A DNA stretch of 64,000 nucleotides from a virus (IMGVR_UViG_2882837327_000001:21907-85906), one strand, 5' to 3'. Numbered from the stretch's first letter, positions 1 through 9,389 are shown. Notes: generated by a model from the sequence alone, not told the origin. Numbers and translations: made by a program.

Positions 1-17
1 AGCGGACCGAGGAGCGC

Positions 18-467
18 GTGGGGGGGTCTCAGAAGTGCCCCTGGTGCCGGCAGTGGACCCATATGTCGCCCGGCTGGGGACTGACGGAATGGGCCGAAGA
101 TCCAAGCCTGGATGTCCTGACCTGCGGCGTCTGCGGCGGAACCAGCGCCTGGCTGTTCGGCCCGGTCATGATCGCGATGGGGCCCCTTGTCCCTCCTGCG
201 CCGGAGCCGGACTTCCCCGATGAGCTGCGGCGCAAGCCGCCAATCATGGCACCCGAGCTGAGCGACGATCTGCGACGTGCGGTATGGCGGGCCCAATACG
301 AGCACAAGCGGGCGGAGAAGTACCCCAACGTTACCGACGAAGAGATCGCGGCACTGGTGGAGGCGAGGATTGCTGACGCTGGCCAGGCCGCCATGGACCG
401 CGCGGCGTATGCGGCTCAGCTCGCGTTCGTGCAGCGGGCGTCTCTGCCGGGAGGCGAGCATGGGTGA
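18..467 (+). CDS. Hypothetical protein with N-terminal Zn-ribbon (CPWC...CGVC)
   Basis: 149-aa ORF (GTG start) with two CxxC pairs; stop overlaps the next start. Confidence 0.6.
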   Translation: MGGSQKCPWCRQWTHMSPGWGLTEWAEDPSLDVLTCGVCGGTSAWLFGPVMIAMGPLVPPAPEPDFPDELRRKPPIMAPELSDDLRRAVWRAQYEHKRAEKYPNVTDEEIAALVEARIADAGQAAMDRAAYAAQLAFVQRASLPGGEHG

Positions 468-906
468 TCCGGTCCTTGAGGCGGGCAGGCGTCCCGTCCT
501 ACGCGCGCTCCTTCGCTGCTACGAATGTGCCGAGGACGGGCAGGATACCGATGTCGGCCGAGACATGCTCGGGAAGCTGGTGGCCGCCGGCTGGCTCACG
601 AAGGACGGCAGGAATCGGTGGCAATTCACAATCGCCGGGCAAGCCATCGTTACAGCCATCGACGCCATCCCCGGCATGCGGGATGTGGTCGAAGAACGCG
701 CGGTCGTGTTGCCGATCGGGTCGAAAACTCCCGTGGCGGATATGCTCGAAGCCTGCGCGCGTGAGGGCCGTGTCGTCCCGCCTGGCACCTATCATCCCGA
801 GCGAGACCTGAACCTGCATGGGGCCACCCTCATAGGCTCCGGTCCTGGCAGGAGCGTAATTCGCTTCTTTCCGCCCTTCGAGGACTGGGGTGGGAACCTT
901 GGCTAA
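460..906 (+). CDS. Hypothetical protein; C-terminus resembles the start of a pectate-lyase-3 beta-helix (VPPGTY...LIGSGPGRSVI)
   Basis: ATG at 460 overlaps the upstream stop and is in frame with track ORF 277..906. Confidence 0.55.
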   Translation: MGDPVLEAGRRPVLRALLRCYECAEDGQDTDVGRDMLGKLVAAGWLTKDGRNRWQFTIAGQAIVTAIDAIPGMRDVVEERAVVLPIGSKTPVADMLEACAREGRVVPPGTYHPERDLNLHGATLIGSGPGRSVIRFFPPFEDWGGNLG

Positions 907-1096
907 GGCGTCGCGGCATAGAGAGGCGTCGGGCCACCTCGTCCGCCACCGCGTGGTCATTAAGCCGCTGTGCCTCCTGATAGGCGTGGGCGCCCTGCTG
1001 GCTGTGCCTTGGCACCCCGAGCTCGCGCCGATGTTGTGGCTCGGGGGCGGTCTGGCGCTGCTCGACTTCATCATCGGGCTGGTCTGGGGCAGATAG
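890..1096 (+). CDS. Small two-TM membrane protein (start uncertain)
   Basis: Two hydrophobic stretches LCLLIGVGALLAV and MLWLGGGLALLDFIIGLV. Confidence 0.5.
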   Translation: MGTLAKASRHREASGHLVRHRVVIKPLCLLIGVGALLAVPWHPELAPMLWLGGGLALLDFIIGLVWGR

Positions 1097-1114
1097 CCCC
1101 AGCGCCGCCTTCCA

Positions 1115-1501
1115 ATGGACTTTCGTAAACATGACATTCGGCATGAAGACTTTCGGATTGGCACCTGTGAGGGTTCTGCCCCGGTGATCGAGCAAACCCT
1201 TGCCGAACTCAGGGCTGCCGGGTGGCGCCTGAACAACCTGTATGAGCATGACAATGGCCAATGGGTGGCGAACGCCCGCCGCCCGGCTGCTGACGGCGGC
1301 ACGGACATCGACTTCGCGCGCGGCGACTGTGCGGTCGAAGCGTTGCGGACGCTGACCGCTAAGCTGGGCATGGCGCAGCACGCGCCCGCCTTCCACGTGC
1401 CGGCGGTCGCCGCGGTCTCGCCGCATCCTCAGCGACCAGCGTCACCTGCACCACCTGCACCACCTGCACCCGGAGCCATCGCGCAGGGCGAGCTGTTCTA
1501 G
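1115..1501 (+). CDS. Hypothetical phage protein with Pro-rich tail ending QGELF
   Basis: 128-aa ORF in the same-strand early cluster. Confidence 0.65.
   Translation: MDFRKHDIRHEDFRIGTCEGSAPVIEQTLAELRAAGWRLNNLYEHDNGQWVANARRPAADGGTDIDFARGDCAVEALRTLTAKLGMAQHAPAFHVPAVAAVSPHPQRPASPAPPAPPAPGAIAQGELF
1443..1469 (+). repeat. Tandem repeat (CACCTGCAC)x3 encoding the PAP-PAP-PAP tract
   Basis: Three exact 9-bp units. Confidence 0.9.
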
Positions 1502-1506
1502 GGACC

Positions 1507-1809
1507 ATGGGAATGCGAGCACATGCCGCCCTCGCTCTGATGGGCCTCGCCCTCGTCGCTTGGTCCACCGCCGCGGCCTTCGGGCCGAGCGGTGAGATGA
1601 TCGCCTTCATCTCCACGCTGGTCTGCTGCCTGCTGGCGGTGCTGGTCCTCCCGATCAACGGTCCGGCCGCAGATCCGGCGTGCCCGGCCCGCGCCCGGCC
1701 GATTTCTCAATTTCGCCGGCCAGATCCCCGGCTTGCCCGGAAATTCCCGCCCCGCCGTGCGGTCGCGACCGGGAACCGCCCGGACACGGCCGGGCACAGG
1801 CCGGTCTAG
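1507..1809 (+). CDS. Small membrane protein (two N-terminal TM segments, basic tail)
   Basis: 100-aa ORF with a hydrophobic N-terminal half. Confidence 0.5.
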   Translation: MGMRAHAALALMGLALVAWSTAAAFGPSGEMIAFISTLVCCLLAVLVLPINGPAADPACPARARPISQFRRPDPRLARKFPPRRAVATGNRPDTAGHRPV

Positions 1810-1914
1810 GCGAAGCGGGCAGGAAGAGCGCAGCATGCTGGCCTCCATGCAGGCAGATTGTCCAGAAATCGGGAAAGTGGCGGAAATCGGCGGACGGCCC
1901 GCCGTGGCGCGGCC

Positions 1915-2190
1915 ATGAGCGCATCCGCTAACGACCAGCCGCCCGCCGGCGCCAGCACCACCGATTCCACCCACGCGGAGGAGATGGCCGCCTTCGACGC
2001 GCTCCCGGGCCGAGTGCGCTGGAAGCTCGACAATGCGCTTCGCCCTTGGTCGGCGGTGAATCTGCTAGCGCGCTGGCAGCGGTGCGCGTCGGTTTATGGC
2101 CGGCAGCGGGCAACGGAGCGCGCGGTAGCGGAGATCGAAAGGGCGGATCTCCAGGAGATCGAAGCGCGGCGCCGCCACGGGCGCGACTGA
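1915..2190 (+). CDS. DUF6525-like hypothetical protein
   Basis: MAAFDALPGRVRWKLDNALRPWS resembles the alphaproteobacterial DUF6525 pattern as recalled; ATG 1915 is in frame with track ORF 1858..2190. Confidence 0.5.
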   Translation: MSASANDQPPAGASTTDSTHAEEMAAFDALPGRVRWKLDNALRPWSAVNLLARWQRCASVYGRQRATERAVAEIERADLQEIEARRRHGRD

Positions 2191-2609
2191 AAAGAGCCCC
2201 CTGGAGGGACCACGCTTGTTCACCATTCGTTTCTATATGGTGCACTACCGCATCCACAAGCATGGGGGTGGTGAGCCCTCATACCAATCGGCTAACGTGA
2301 CCTGCGTGTGCTTGTTGTGCAGTCGAATCCCCGGCGTAGCGTGAACAAGCTCCGCAGCAACGAAAGGAGCAACTGCCTTGTTAGGGCAGATCTGGATCAA
2401 GCTGGCCGAGAGGGCCCTTGAAGCGTTAACGGCGCTTCTCTGGTTCCTCTCGGCTCTGCTCTCTTAACCCAGGCCTAACCCGAGGCTCAGTTTCCAGGCC
2501 GTGTCTCAGGGTAGTCCCAAAGCTGGCGGCGGCGACGCTGCCGCCGGCACCAACTGCTGCGAAAGATCGTGCGGAACGTCGATTTCGTCAATTGAAACTG
2601 GAAATGGGC

Positions 2610-2909
2610 CTATTCCGGTCCTATCGCGTGTCGGCCCTTCCGCGTGTGCGAAGTGGACAGTTCATGAGCTCTGCTTGGTCCGCCGCGCCCCACCGGGAAG
2701 CGATCAGCGTCTTCGGCCAACAGTCCCTCTTCAATGCTCAGGCTGCGCATGAAGAAGTAGGCCTGCTTCCGGCCGTCATCGCTCATCTCATCCCAGAGTC
2801 GGATGAACTCGGCGCGGTCGGCGGGCCCGGGCTTACGCCCCGGGATGCGCTTCTTCACCGTGCCGTCTTCGGGCTTGGCGGTTGGTATCGTGCGGGGCTT
2901 GGTGACCAT
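2610..2909 (-). CDS. Hypothetical protein
   Basis: 99-aa ORF downstream of the holin-like gene, with a helical core RAEFIRLWDEMSDDGRKQAYFFMRSL. Confidence 0.55.
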   Translation of the reverse strand: MVTKPRTIPTAKPEDGTVKKRIPGRKPGPADRAEFIRLWDEMSDDGRKQAYFFMRSLSIEEGLLAEDADRFPVGRGGPSRAHELSTSHTRKGRHAIGPE

Positions 2910-2959
2910 CTGAGCTCCATCCCTTCGGCGGCGGAGCCAAGACTATACCCGATGGTGCG

Positions 2960-3238
2960 TCAGAACAGGCGCATGGCCTGCGCGGCCGCGGCGCGTATCG
3001 GCGCCAGCAGGGGCAGCAGGTGCGGGGCCAGATAGGTGAGCATGGCGGTGCCGATCGCCAACAGCACGGTCAGAATGCGGCGCAGCAGCTTATCCTGGGC
3101 GGTCAGCCGCTCGTCTATCTTGTCGTCCCAGTCCTTGAACTGCTTCTGCATCAGCCGCCAGCGATAGCCCGCCATCTCGACATGGATGGCCAGGTCGCTC
3201 TTTTCCTGTTCGAGCACGGCACGCTCATGGTCGGTCAT
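2960..3238 (-). CDS. XhlA/holin-like protein (coiled coil plus C-terminal TM)
   Basis: 92 aa from MTDHERAV; hydrophobic ILTVLLAIGTAMLTYLAPHLL; follows the tail fibres. Confidence 0.6.
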   Translation of the reverse strand: MTDHERAVLEQEKSDLAIHVEMAGYRWRLMQKQFKDWDDKIDERLTAQDKLLRRILTVLLAIGTAMLTYLAPHLLPLLAPIRAAAAQAMRLF

Positions 3239-3285
3239 GGGTGATTCGCTGCTCGGCAGGTCTGGATCGATGGCACGCGCGTCAT

Positions 3286-3309
3286 GCACCAGCTTTAGGG
3301 TCACGACGC
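3286..3309 (-). promoter_or_regulatory. Late-promoter motif copy 1 (GTCGTGAC at 3300-3307; ATG of a 16-codon uORF 14 nt downstream)
   Basis: Minus strand GCGTCGTGAC CCTAAAGCTGGTGC ATG. Confidence 0.7.
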
Positions 3310-3339
3310 CCCGGGCGGGATGCCGCAGCGCCGCGGCCA

Positions 3340-5232
3340 TCACAGCTTCACCATGACGTTGAGGGCGATCGAGGGCTGGACGTTGGGGTGTGCCTCGTTC
3401 CCGCCGGCGGCGGCGATGGTGTGCCTGTGCGCTGGGGCCGCGCTGACCGTCGCCGTGTGGGCGTGCACCCCGCCGACAGAGACGGTGATGGAGTGGGTGT
3501 GCGCGCCGGCGTTGCCCAGGGTGATCTGATGGGCGTGCTTCCCGGCGGTGCTGGTGCGCGACCACTGATAGACATCGTAGTAGATGCCGCTGACCGGGCT
3601 ATAGTTCCAGTTGCGCGGCCCAATCAGGATGCCACCGCCGTGCATGTCATACATGCCCTCATGGCCATCGGTGTGCCAATGGTCGCCGTCCTGGCTGCAG
3701 GCTGCCGAGTGCACATGGGTGCCGGCGCTGCCGGTGGAAGCGTCGTGCGCATGCCCGCCGCCTTCCGAAACGGTGACGGTGTGGTCATGGGCGCCGGCGG
3801 CTCCTGTCTCGGCCCCGTGGTCGTGCTGCGGCATCTGGGCGTAGGTCAGCACATGGGTTTCGGTGCCGAAGGTGCTGCCCAGAGCGCGCGCGGTCAGGCC
3901 GGTGCCCTGCCCTGCCCCCACCACCGCGCGGCCGCGCATGTCGGGGAGGGTGATGCGCTTGCCGGCGGTGAAGTCGGCTGCCGCGCTGGCGCCGCGCCCG
4001 CCCACCACCGGGGCCTGGGCATCGGCCAGGTTGTTCCAGAGCAGAGTGAAGAGGTCGGCCGTATCCGCGTTGGCTCGGGCCGTGCCGCTGGAAGCGGCGT
4101 TGCCGATGGTGCCGCCGGTCAGCATCAGCCAGCCGGGATCCGCCGCGGCCTTCAGGGTTAGCTTGGTGTCGCCGGTGGTGTAGACCGCCTGCCCGGCCAG
4201 CAGGGCACGCACCCATTCGGTGGTGACGAGCTCGGTGTTGTTGGCCGAGGGGCTGGGGGTAACGGCGGTGCTGGTGCCGCGCAGCGCCACGCCTTCCAGC
4301 TCGGTCGGGCTGCCCGCCACGCTGCTGCCATCGGTCCAGATGAGGCGGCTGCGGCCGCTGGTGACGGCCACGCCCCCGCTCTGGCCGGCGGTTCGCACGG
4401 TGACGGTCTGGGTGCTGCCGTTCAGCAGGATCCAGTCGGCGGCTTCGCCCGGCAGGATGAGCGTGGTGGCGGCGCCAGGCGAGCCCGTCAGGGAGATGAT
4501 GGGCCCGGTCAGTGCGGTATCAGCCGGGGTGATCGTGCCGCCGGCGGACACGTCGATCTCGGCGCGCCCCCTGCCCCACTGCCGCGCGAAGGCGGTGGTG
4601 GCGAGCTGGGTGGTGGCGGTGCCGGCCGGCGCCGTAGGCGCGGTAGGGGTGCCGGTCAGAGAGAGATTCCGGGCCTCGGTGGTGGTCGGCAGCATGTCGG
4701 TGCCGTCGCACCAAACCTGCTGGGATTTTCCCTGAGCCAGCAGCACACCGCCACCGCCTGCCGCGCGGAAGGTGACGGTGAAGCCGCCCGTGGTGCGGTT
4801 GGTGACGGTCCAGCGCCCATTGGCAGCCGGCACGCTTACGGTTGCGTCGCCCGTGAGGTTGCCTGTCAGGATGATGGCGCTCTTGCCGGCCTCGATCGCC
4901 GTCAGCGCGGTGTTGCCTGCGGCGATATTCTTCGTGGTCTGCCCGCGGATCAGACCCTGCACCCATTCGGTGGTGGCCAGGCGGCGCGTGCTGTCGCCGT
5001 CCGCCGGCGTGACCGCCATGGCCGAGCCGGTGAAGTCCGGGCTGTTCAGCGGAGCCTTGGTCGGCAGCGCCTCTTCCAGCGTATCCACATGAGCCTTGAG
5101 GTAGGCGGTGCGGTTGGCCAGGTTCAGGAGCGGCGTGTTCGACGGGCCTTCCGGGCCGCCCAGCACCGGGGTGGTGGTTTCAAGCTGGAAGACGCCGGGC
5201 GCCCAGACGGCAGTTTCGGTCAGGTTGCTCAT
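3340..5232 (-). CDS. Tail fibre 2 with tail-collar domain and HxH metal-binding needle tip
   Basis: N-terminal anchor shared with fibre 1; collar motif YTTGDTKL...DPGWLMLTG; LPDMRGR; nine HxH motifs; ends NVQPSIALNVMVKL. Confidence 0.9.
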   Translation of the reverse strand: MSNLTETAVWAPGVFQLETTTPVLGGPEGPSNTPLLNLANRTAYLKAHVDTLEEALPTKAPLNSPDFTGSAMAVTPADGDSTRRLATTEWVQGLIRGQTTKNIAAGNTALTAIEAGKSAIILTGNLTGDATVSVPAANGRWTVTNRTTGGFTVTFRAAGGGGVLLAQGKSQQVWCDGTDMLPTTTEARNLSLTGTPTAPTAPAGTATTQLATTAFARQWGRGRAEIDVSAGGTITPADTALTGPIISLTGSPGAATTLILPGEAADWILLNGSTQTVTVRTAGQSGGVAVTSGRSRLIWTDGSSVAGSPTELEGVALRGTSTAVTPSPSANNTELVTTEWVRALLAGQAVYTTGDTKLTLKAAADPGWLMLTGGTIGNAASSGTARANADTADLFTLLWNNLADAQAPVVGGRGASAAADFTAGKRITLPDMRGRAVVGAGQGTGLTARALGSTFGTETHVLTYAQMPQHDHGAETGAAGAHDHTVTVSEGGGHAHDASTGSAGTHVHSAACSQDGDHWHTDGHEGMYDMHGGGILIGPRNWNYSPVSGIYYDVYQWSRTSTAGKHAHQITLGNAGAHTHSITVSVGGVHAHTATVSAAPAHRHTIAAAGGNEAHPNVQPSIALNVMVKL

Positions 5233-7763
5233 CGGGCGGCCTCCAACGCGGCCAGGCGCGCGGTCAAGGTGGCGATCTGCTGTTCGAGCTGCTGGATCCC
5301 CAGCACGGTGTAGGGGGCGAGCTCATCCGGCTTCAGCATGAGCGGCAGGGGCTTCCCATCCGCCCCCAGCGCCTCGATCACGGCTTCAGGCACGGAGCGG
5401 CGCAGGTTCTGGGCGATGAAGCCGGCCCGCTTGTGGATGCGATCCCCGGACAGGCGCTGCATGGCGATGCCGCGCTCATTGAAGCTGAAGGTGGAGATCT
5501 CGATGCCGCGCAAAACCGCCAGCGCATCGACCTCGGCGGGGCGAATGTTGTCCTTCAACTCCTCGTCCGAATAGGCCGAGGGATAGAAGATCATGTTGGT
5601 GTCGTCCTGCTGGTGCACCAGCATGGAATACGTGCCACCCCAATCGCGACCGTCGATGTAGTTGAGGTTCGGCGAGTGGATCATCCACGTTTCGGAAGCC
5701 TCGTTAAGCCGCAGCTTCCAGTGCCCGGCATCATAGCGCCAGCAGATGGTGTCGTTGCTGCCCCAGGCCTTCAGCACGCCGGCGTCATTCGCGCCTGCCC
5801 CGCCCTTCAGCAGGGAGGCACGCACATTGCCGGCGGAGATGACATCACCGGGGACGATGAAGCTGCCATCGTTCTTGAAGTCCCAATTGTTTGAGCCCGC
5901 GAAGACGCGATACCCGAACCAGTTGCCCGGGACATGCACGGCCTGCGCACCAATGTCATTGCCGGTCGCAGCCTGGCCTGAATGGAAATCGTGGAAGTAG
6001 TTGCCCCCAGCTTCCCGTGCCGAAGAGTGGTAGATGCCCCAATCCGTGTGCTGAGACTGAATACGGCCGTTCATCCGCAGCCAGTTGGCGAGGGTAACGG
6101 TGCCGGTGCTCTCCGCGATGGAGATCGCTGTCAGCACCACGTTGGAGGCATTCTGCCGGAAGATGCGCAGGGCATTCGCATCGTCCACGTCGATATTCCA
6201 GGTGGAGGCCGACTGCCCCAGCACGGCCGTGTTGCCGGCGTAGCCCAGCACGAGCTGGCCACCCTCCGACCCGTTGCCACGCAGCACCAGGTTTCCTTGG
6301 GCAATCAGATCGTCCGAGAAGAAGAACCGGCCCCAGCTATGGATCTCACGGCCCTGACCGCTGACGGTCTGCGTGCCGACGATGTTCAGGCCGGAATCGA
6401 AGAGGCCGGCGGCGATCGTGCCATCATCGGCATCGAGCTGGTTGGCGTGCCCGAAGCGCAGGCGGGCGCCGGACGCAAATTGATGGCCGCCGGTGTAGCT
6501 GTCCCCGCCCTTCAGCGCCCGCAGTGCATCGGCGGTGTCCACATAGCCCTTGTTGGTGCCATGCACGGCGTTCGTCGGCGCGGTGGGCATGTCGAGCGTT
6601 GAGGTGAAGAACACCTTGCCGTTCGTCGGGTCGATGCGGAACGGGGCGTCCTGATAGACGCCGGCGGTGTAACGCTCGATCTGGAACCAACCATCGGTAT
6701 TCGGCATGCGCAGCGCCCAGCTATCGGTGCCATCGCGGCGCCCGATCAGGCCGGCCCTGGTGCTGCTTCCCCTGGAGTTGATGTAGATGGTGCCGTTGGA
6801 ATTGGCGGTTCGCGGATCAATGCTCAGGTAGGCGTCGCCGCTGAGGGGTTCCACCGCGACATTACCGCCGTGGACCGTCAGGAAGTCACTGCGCCGGACG
6901 AACAGGGCCTCGCCGATCCAATCCCCAGCGTTGGAGAAGCCCCCCAGGCGGGCGTTCGAGCCGCCAGCATAGCCGCTCTCGGGGTCTTCGTCGCCGAGAT
7001 CCCAGAGCCAGCGCGGCGAGGTGCCATTGCGGGCGGTGATGCGCGATGCCCGCCCAGAGCCGGAGCCGCCCTTATCCAGGAAGAGTTGGGCAGCGGCGCC
7101 GGTGGGGGCGAGCACACTGAAATTCGCCACACGCACATTCACGCTCTCGGGCGTGATCTCAACCGTGTCGTACTGCGTGCCGTCCGAGAATGTGCTGAGG
7201 AGGAGCCGCCCGCCGGTGCCGCTGCCGATGCGCTGCCCTCGGATCAGGCCGCGCATGACCTGGCCGGAGCCGTCGCCCGTGTAGAACCCGATTGCGATGT
7301 TGTCCCACGGCAGGTTGTCCGGGTTCCGGAGCGCCAGTGCCTGGGCATTGCCGGCCAGATCGAAGGTGATCGGCCCCGTCATGGTGCCGCCGGCGAGATC
7401 CAGCTTGTTGGCATCGCGCGGGTGCACATGGTCGGCGCGGGCGTAGCGGAGCGACGTGCCTGCAGCCGCCGTGCCGGGTGCGGCCGGCGTTACGGCGCTC
7501 GCCTGCCCCAGCACAAAGGCGGTGGTGGCGAGCTGGCTGGTGTTGGTGTCCTGGGCAGGCGTGGGCGCGATCGGGATCCCGGTGAACTGCGGACTGGCAA
7601 TGGCCGCGCGCAGCTCCACCTGGGCCTTCAGCCATGCGGTGCGATTGGCCAGGGTCTGAGCCTGGCTGTTCATCACGCCACCGGGACCGGCGAGCGCTTC
7701 CGTGTTGGTTTCGAGCTGGAACACGCCAGCGGCCCAGGTAGAGGTCTCGGTCAGGTATGCCAT
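5229..7763 (-). CDS. Tail fibre 1 with C-terminal intramolecular chaperone (peptidase S74-like)
   Basis: SPQFTGIPIAPT/NTSQLATTAFV repeat; SDEELKDNI...AGFIAQ...LGIQQLEQQIATL coiled coil. Confidence 0.9.
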   Translation of the reverse strand: MAYLTETSTWAAGVFQLETNTEALAGPGGVMNSQAQTLANRTAWLKAQVELRAAIASPQFTGIPIAPTPAQDTNTSQLATTAFVLGQASAVTPAAPGTAAAGTSLRYARADHVHPRDANKLDLAGGTMTGPITFDLAGNAQALALRNPDNLPWDNIAIGFYTGDGSGQVMRGLIRGQRIGSGTGGRLLLSTFSDGTQYDTVEITPESVNVRVANFSVLAPTGAAAQLFLDKGGSGSGRASRITARNGTSPRWLWDLGDEDPESGYAGGSNARLGGFSNAGDWIGEALFVRRSDFLTVHGGNVAVEPLSGDAYLSIDPRTANSNGTIYINSRGSSTRAGLIGRRDGTDSWALRMPNTDGWFQIERYTAGVYQDAPFRIDPTNGKVFFTSTLDMPTAPTNAVHGTNKGYVDTADALRALKGGDSYTGGHQFASGARLRFGHANQLDADDGTIAAGLFDSGLNIVGTQTVSGQGREIHSWGRFFFSDDLIAQGNLVLRGNGSEGGQLVLGYAGNTAVLGQSASTWNIDVDDANALRIFRQNASNVVLTAISIAESTGTVTLANWLRMNGRIQSQHTDWGIYHSSAREAGGNYFHDFHSGQAATGNDIGAQAVHVPGNWFGYRVFAGSNNWDFKNDGSFIVPGDVISAGNVRASLLKGGAGANDAGVLKAWGSNDTICWRYDAGHWKLRLNEASETWMIHSPNLNYIDGRDWGGTYSMLVHQQDDTNMIFYPSAYSDEELKDNIRPAEVDALAVLRGIEISTFSFNERGIAMQRLSGDRIHKRAGFIAQNLRRSVPEAVIEALGADGKPLPLMLKPDELAPYTVLGIQQLEQQIATLTARLAALEAAR

Positions 7764-7776
7764 CGCCCGGCGTTCC

Positions 7777-8232
7777 TCAGTTGTAGGTGATGGTCCAGGT
7801 GCCGCTGAAGCTGAGATCCGAGGCCTTGACCAAGGCGCCCGTGCGCACCCGCCGCGCGAACAGCGTGTCGTTGTTGCAGATCAGCCCGAACTCGATGATC
7901 GAGAGGCCATTGCCCTCGCCGGTGCCCAGCGTGAAGGCGAACTGCACGCTGTTCCACGCGGGATAGGTCACGCCCGACAGGGCCTTCTTGAAGGCGTTGG
8001 TCAGGCCGGAATTGCTGGCGTCAGCCGCGCCACTGCCTTCGCCGAAGCCGATTTGCGTGATCGAGCGGCCGACGACATCCCCGCCGATCAGCCGGGCCTG
8101 CTGCGTCCGCGCGCCGTTGACGATGATGTTGGGATGGTCATCCACCTCCACCAGCACGCCGCGGCGCCGCACTTCGAGGCGGAAATGGCCACGCGGGCCA
8201 GGAACGGGTTCGGAGAGGGCAAGGCTCGTCAT
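7777..8232 (-). CDS. Baseplate/fibre-attachment protein
   Basis: HPNIIVNGA...IGFGEG...GEGNGLSIIEFGL...LFARR pattern; lies between wedge and fibres. Confidence 0.75.
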   Translation of the reverse strand: MTSLALSEPVPGPRGHFRLEVRRRGVLVEVDDHPNIIVNGARTQQARLIGGDVVGRSITQIGFGEGSGAADASNSGLTNAFKKALSGVTYPAWNSVQFAFTLGTGEGNGLSIIEFGLICNNDTLFARRVRTGALVKASDLSFSGTWTITYN

Positions 8233-8254
8233 GCCGGCAGGGTGCCGTCACGAC
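8233..8254 (-). promoter_or_regulatory. Late-promoter motif copy 2 (8247-8254; ATG 8232 at 14 nt)
   Basis: TGTCGTGAC GGC A CCC T GCCGGC ATG. Confidence 0.8.
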
Positions 8255-8274
8255 ATCCGCAAGGTGGCCGCCGT

Positions 8275-9387
8275 TCAGAGGCCTTCGTTCATGGTCAGGC
8301 CCGAGGAGAGCGGGCGGGTGCCGTTCAGCGTCCAGCTACCGTCAAGCGTGTGCGTGAAGGCGATCGCCAGGTCGCCAGCATCATCCGGCGCCAGGCTGTC
8401 ATCGGCCAGGTTGGTTTCGAGGTTCGCGCCCATCGCGGAATCCGTCGCCTCGCTCGCCTCCGCCATGGGCAAACCGATGGTCATGCCGAGATCCGCGATA
8501 CCACCAGGCTCGGCGGCGGGCCCTGCGGCAGCGTCCGCCATGCTACCGCCGGTGATGGCAACGCTGCGCAGGCTCGTGCCGGCCGCGCGCAGGCGCTTCG
8601 CCTGGGCGCTGATGGTGGCGATGAACTCGGTCAGACCGGTGCCGCCTTCCAGCGCGAAACCCGTCTCCACATCGAAGACGCCATGCAGGGCTTTCGCGTC
8701 GGCGTCGTGCTGGTAGGCGCCATCGTGGGTGATCGCGCCATCGTATAGCGGCACGGTCGGGCCATAGAGGGTGACATCGCGCACCGAGGTGGCCTGGCCG
8801 GTCGCACGCTCGATCACGGCGGCCATGGCTAGGTTGTTCGACTTCGGCTGGATGAGCTCGGCAATGATGCGCGCCCGGTAGTCCTCCACCGCCTCGCTGG
8901 GCAGGCGAGGGATGCCATATTGGTCGCCCAGCTCGACAAGCCAGATCTCGTCGGCCGAAGTCACCGAAAGCTGAACGCCGACGCTGGCGGCAACTTCTGC
9001 GACGGCCGCCAGCTCGACGGCGTTGGCGTCTAGGTGCGCGAAGATCGGGTTGTCATAGGCCAGCAGCGTGCCGCCCGGCCGATCGGCGGGGGTAACGGTC
9101 TCCTCGATGAGGCAGATGGCGCCGCGGTCGCGATGCTCCGGATGCAGGTCTTCGACGTTCCAGCCCAGGTCGGTGATGGCGGCGGCCAGGGTGCGCAGGG
9201 TATGGGCGCGGAGGTCCAGCACGCTGGCCACCGGCAGCGGGTCACTCAGCGGCTGAAGCGTGATCGAGGCCTCGGCGACGGTCCAGCTCCCGCCGTCCGG
9301 ATGGCGGATGCGCATCGCCGCGATGGCGTCGGGGTCGCTGCTGGCCGCGCTGTAGAGGTTGGAGAGGAGCTTGCGGAGGAAGCGCAT
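8275..9387 (-). CDS. Baseplate wedge subunit
   Basis: LGDQYGIPRLPSEAVEDYRARII motif typical of wedge proteins; follows the J-like gene. Confidence 0.75.
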   Translation of the reverse strand: MRFLRKLLSNLYSAASSDPDAIAAMRIRHPDGGSWTVAEASITLQPLSDPLPVASVLDLRAHTLRTLAAAITDLGWNVEDLHPEHRDRGAICLIEETVTPADRPGGTLLAYDNPIFAHLDANAVELAAVAEVAASVGVQLSVTSADEIWLVELGDQYGIPRLPSEAVEDYRARIIAELIQPKSNNLAMAAVIERATGQATSVRDVTLYGPTVPLYDGAITHDGAYQHDADAKALHGVFDVETGFALEGGTGLTEFIATISAQAKRLRAAGTSLRSVAITGGSMADAAAGPAAEPGGIADLGMTIGLPMAEASEATDSAMGANLETNLADDSLAPDDAGDLAIAFTHTLDGSWTLNGTRPLSSGLTMNEGL

Positions 9388-9389
9388 GG

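Noticed and set aside
3340-7763. Diversity-generating retroelement or invertase-driven fibre switching
   Set aside because: No reverse transcriptase, template/variable repeat pair or inverted fibre cassette seen; the resolvase-like domain at 51116 lacks the catalytic Ser and is 44 kb away
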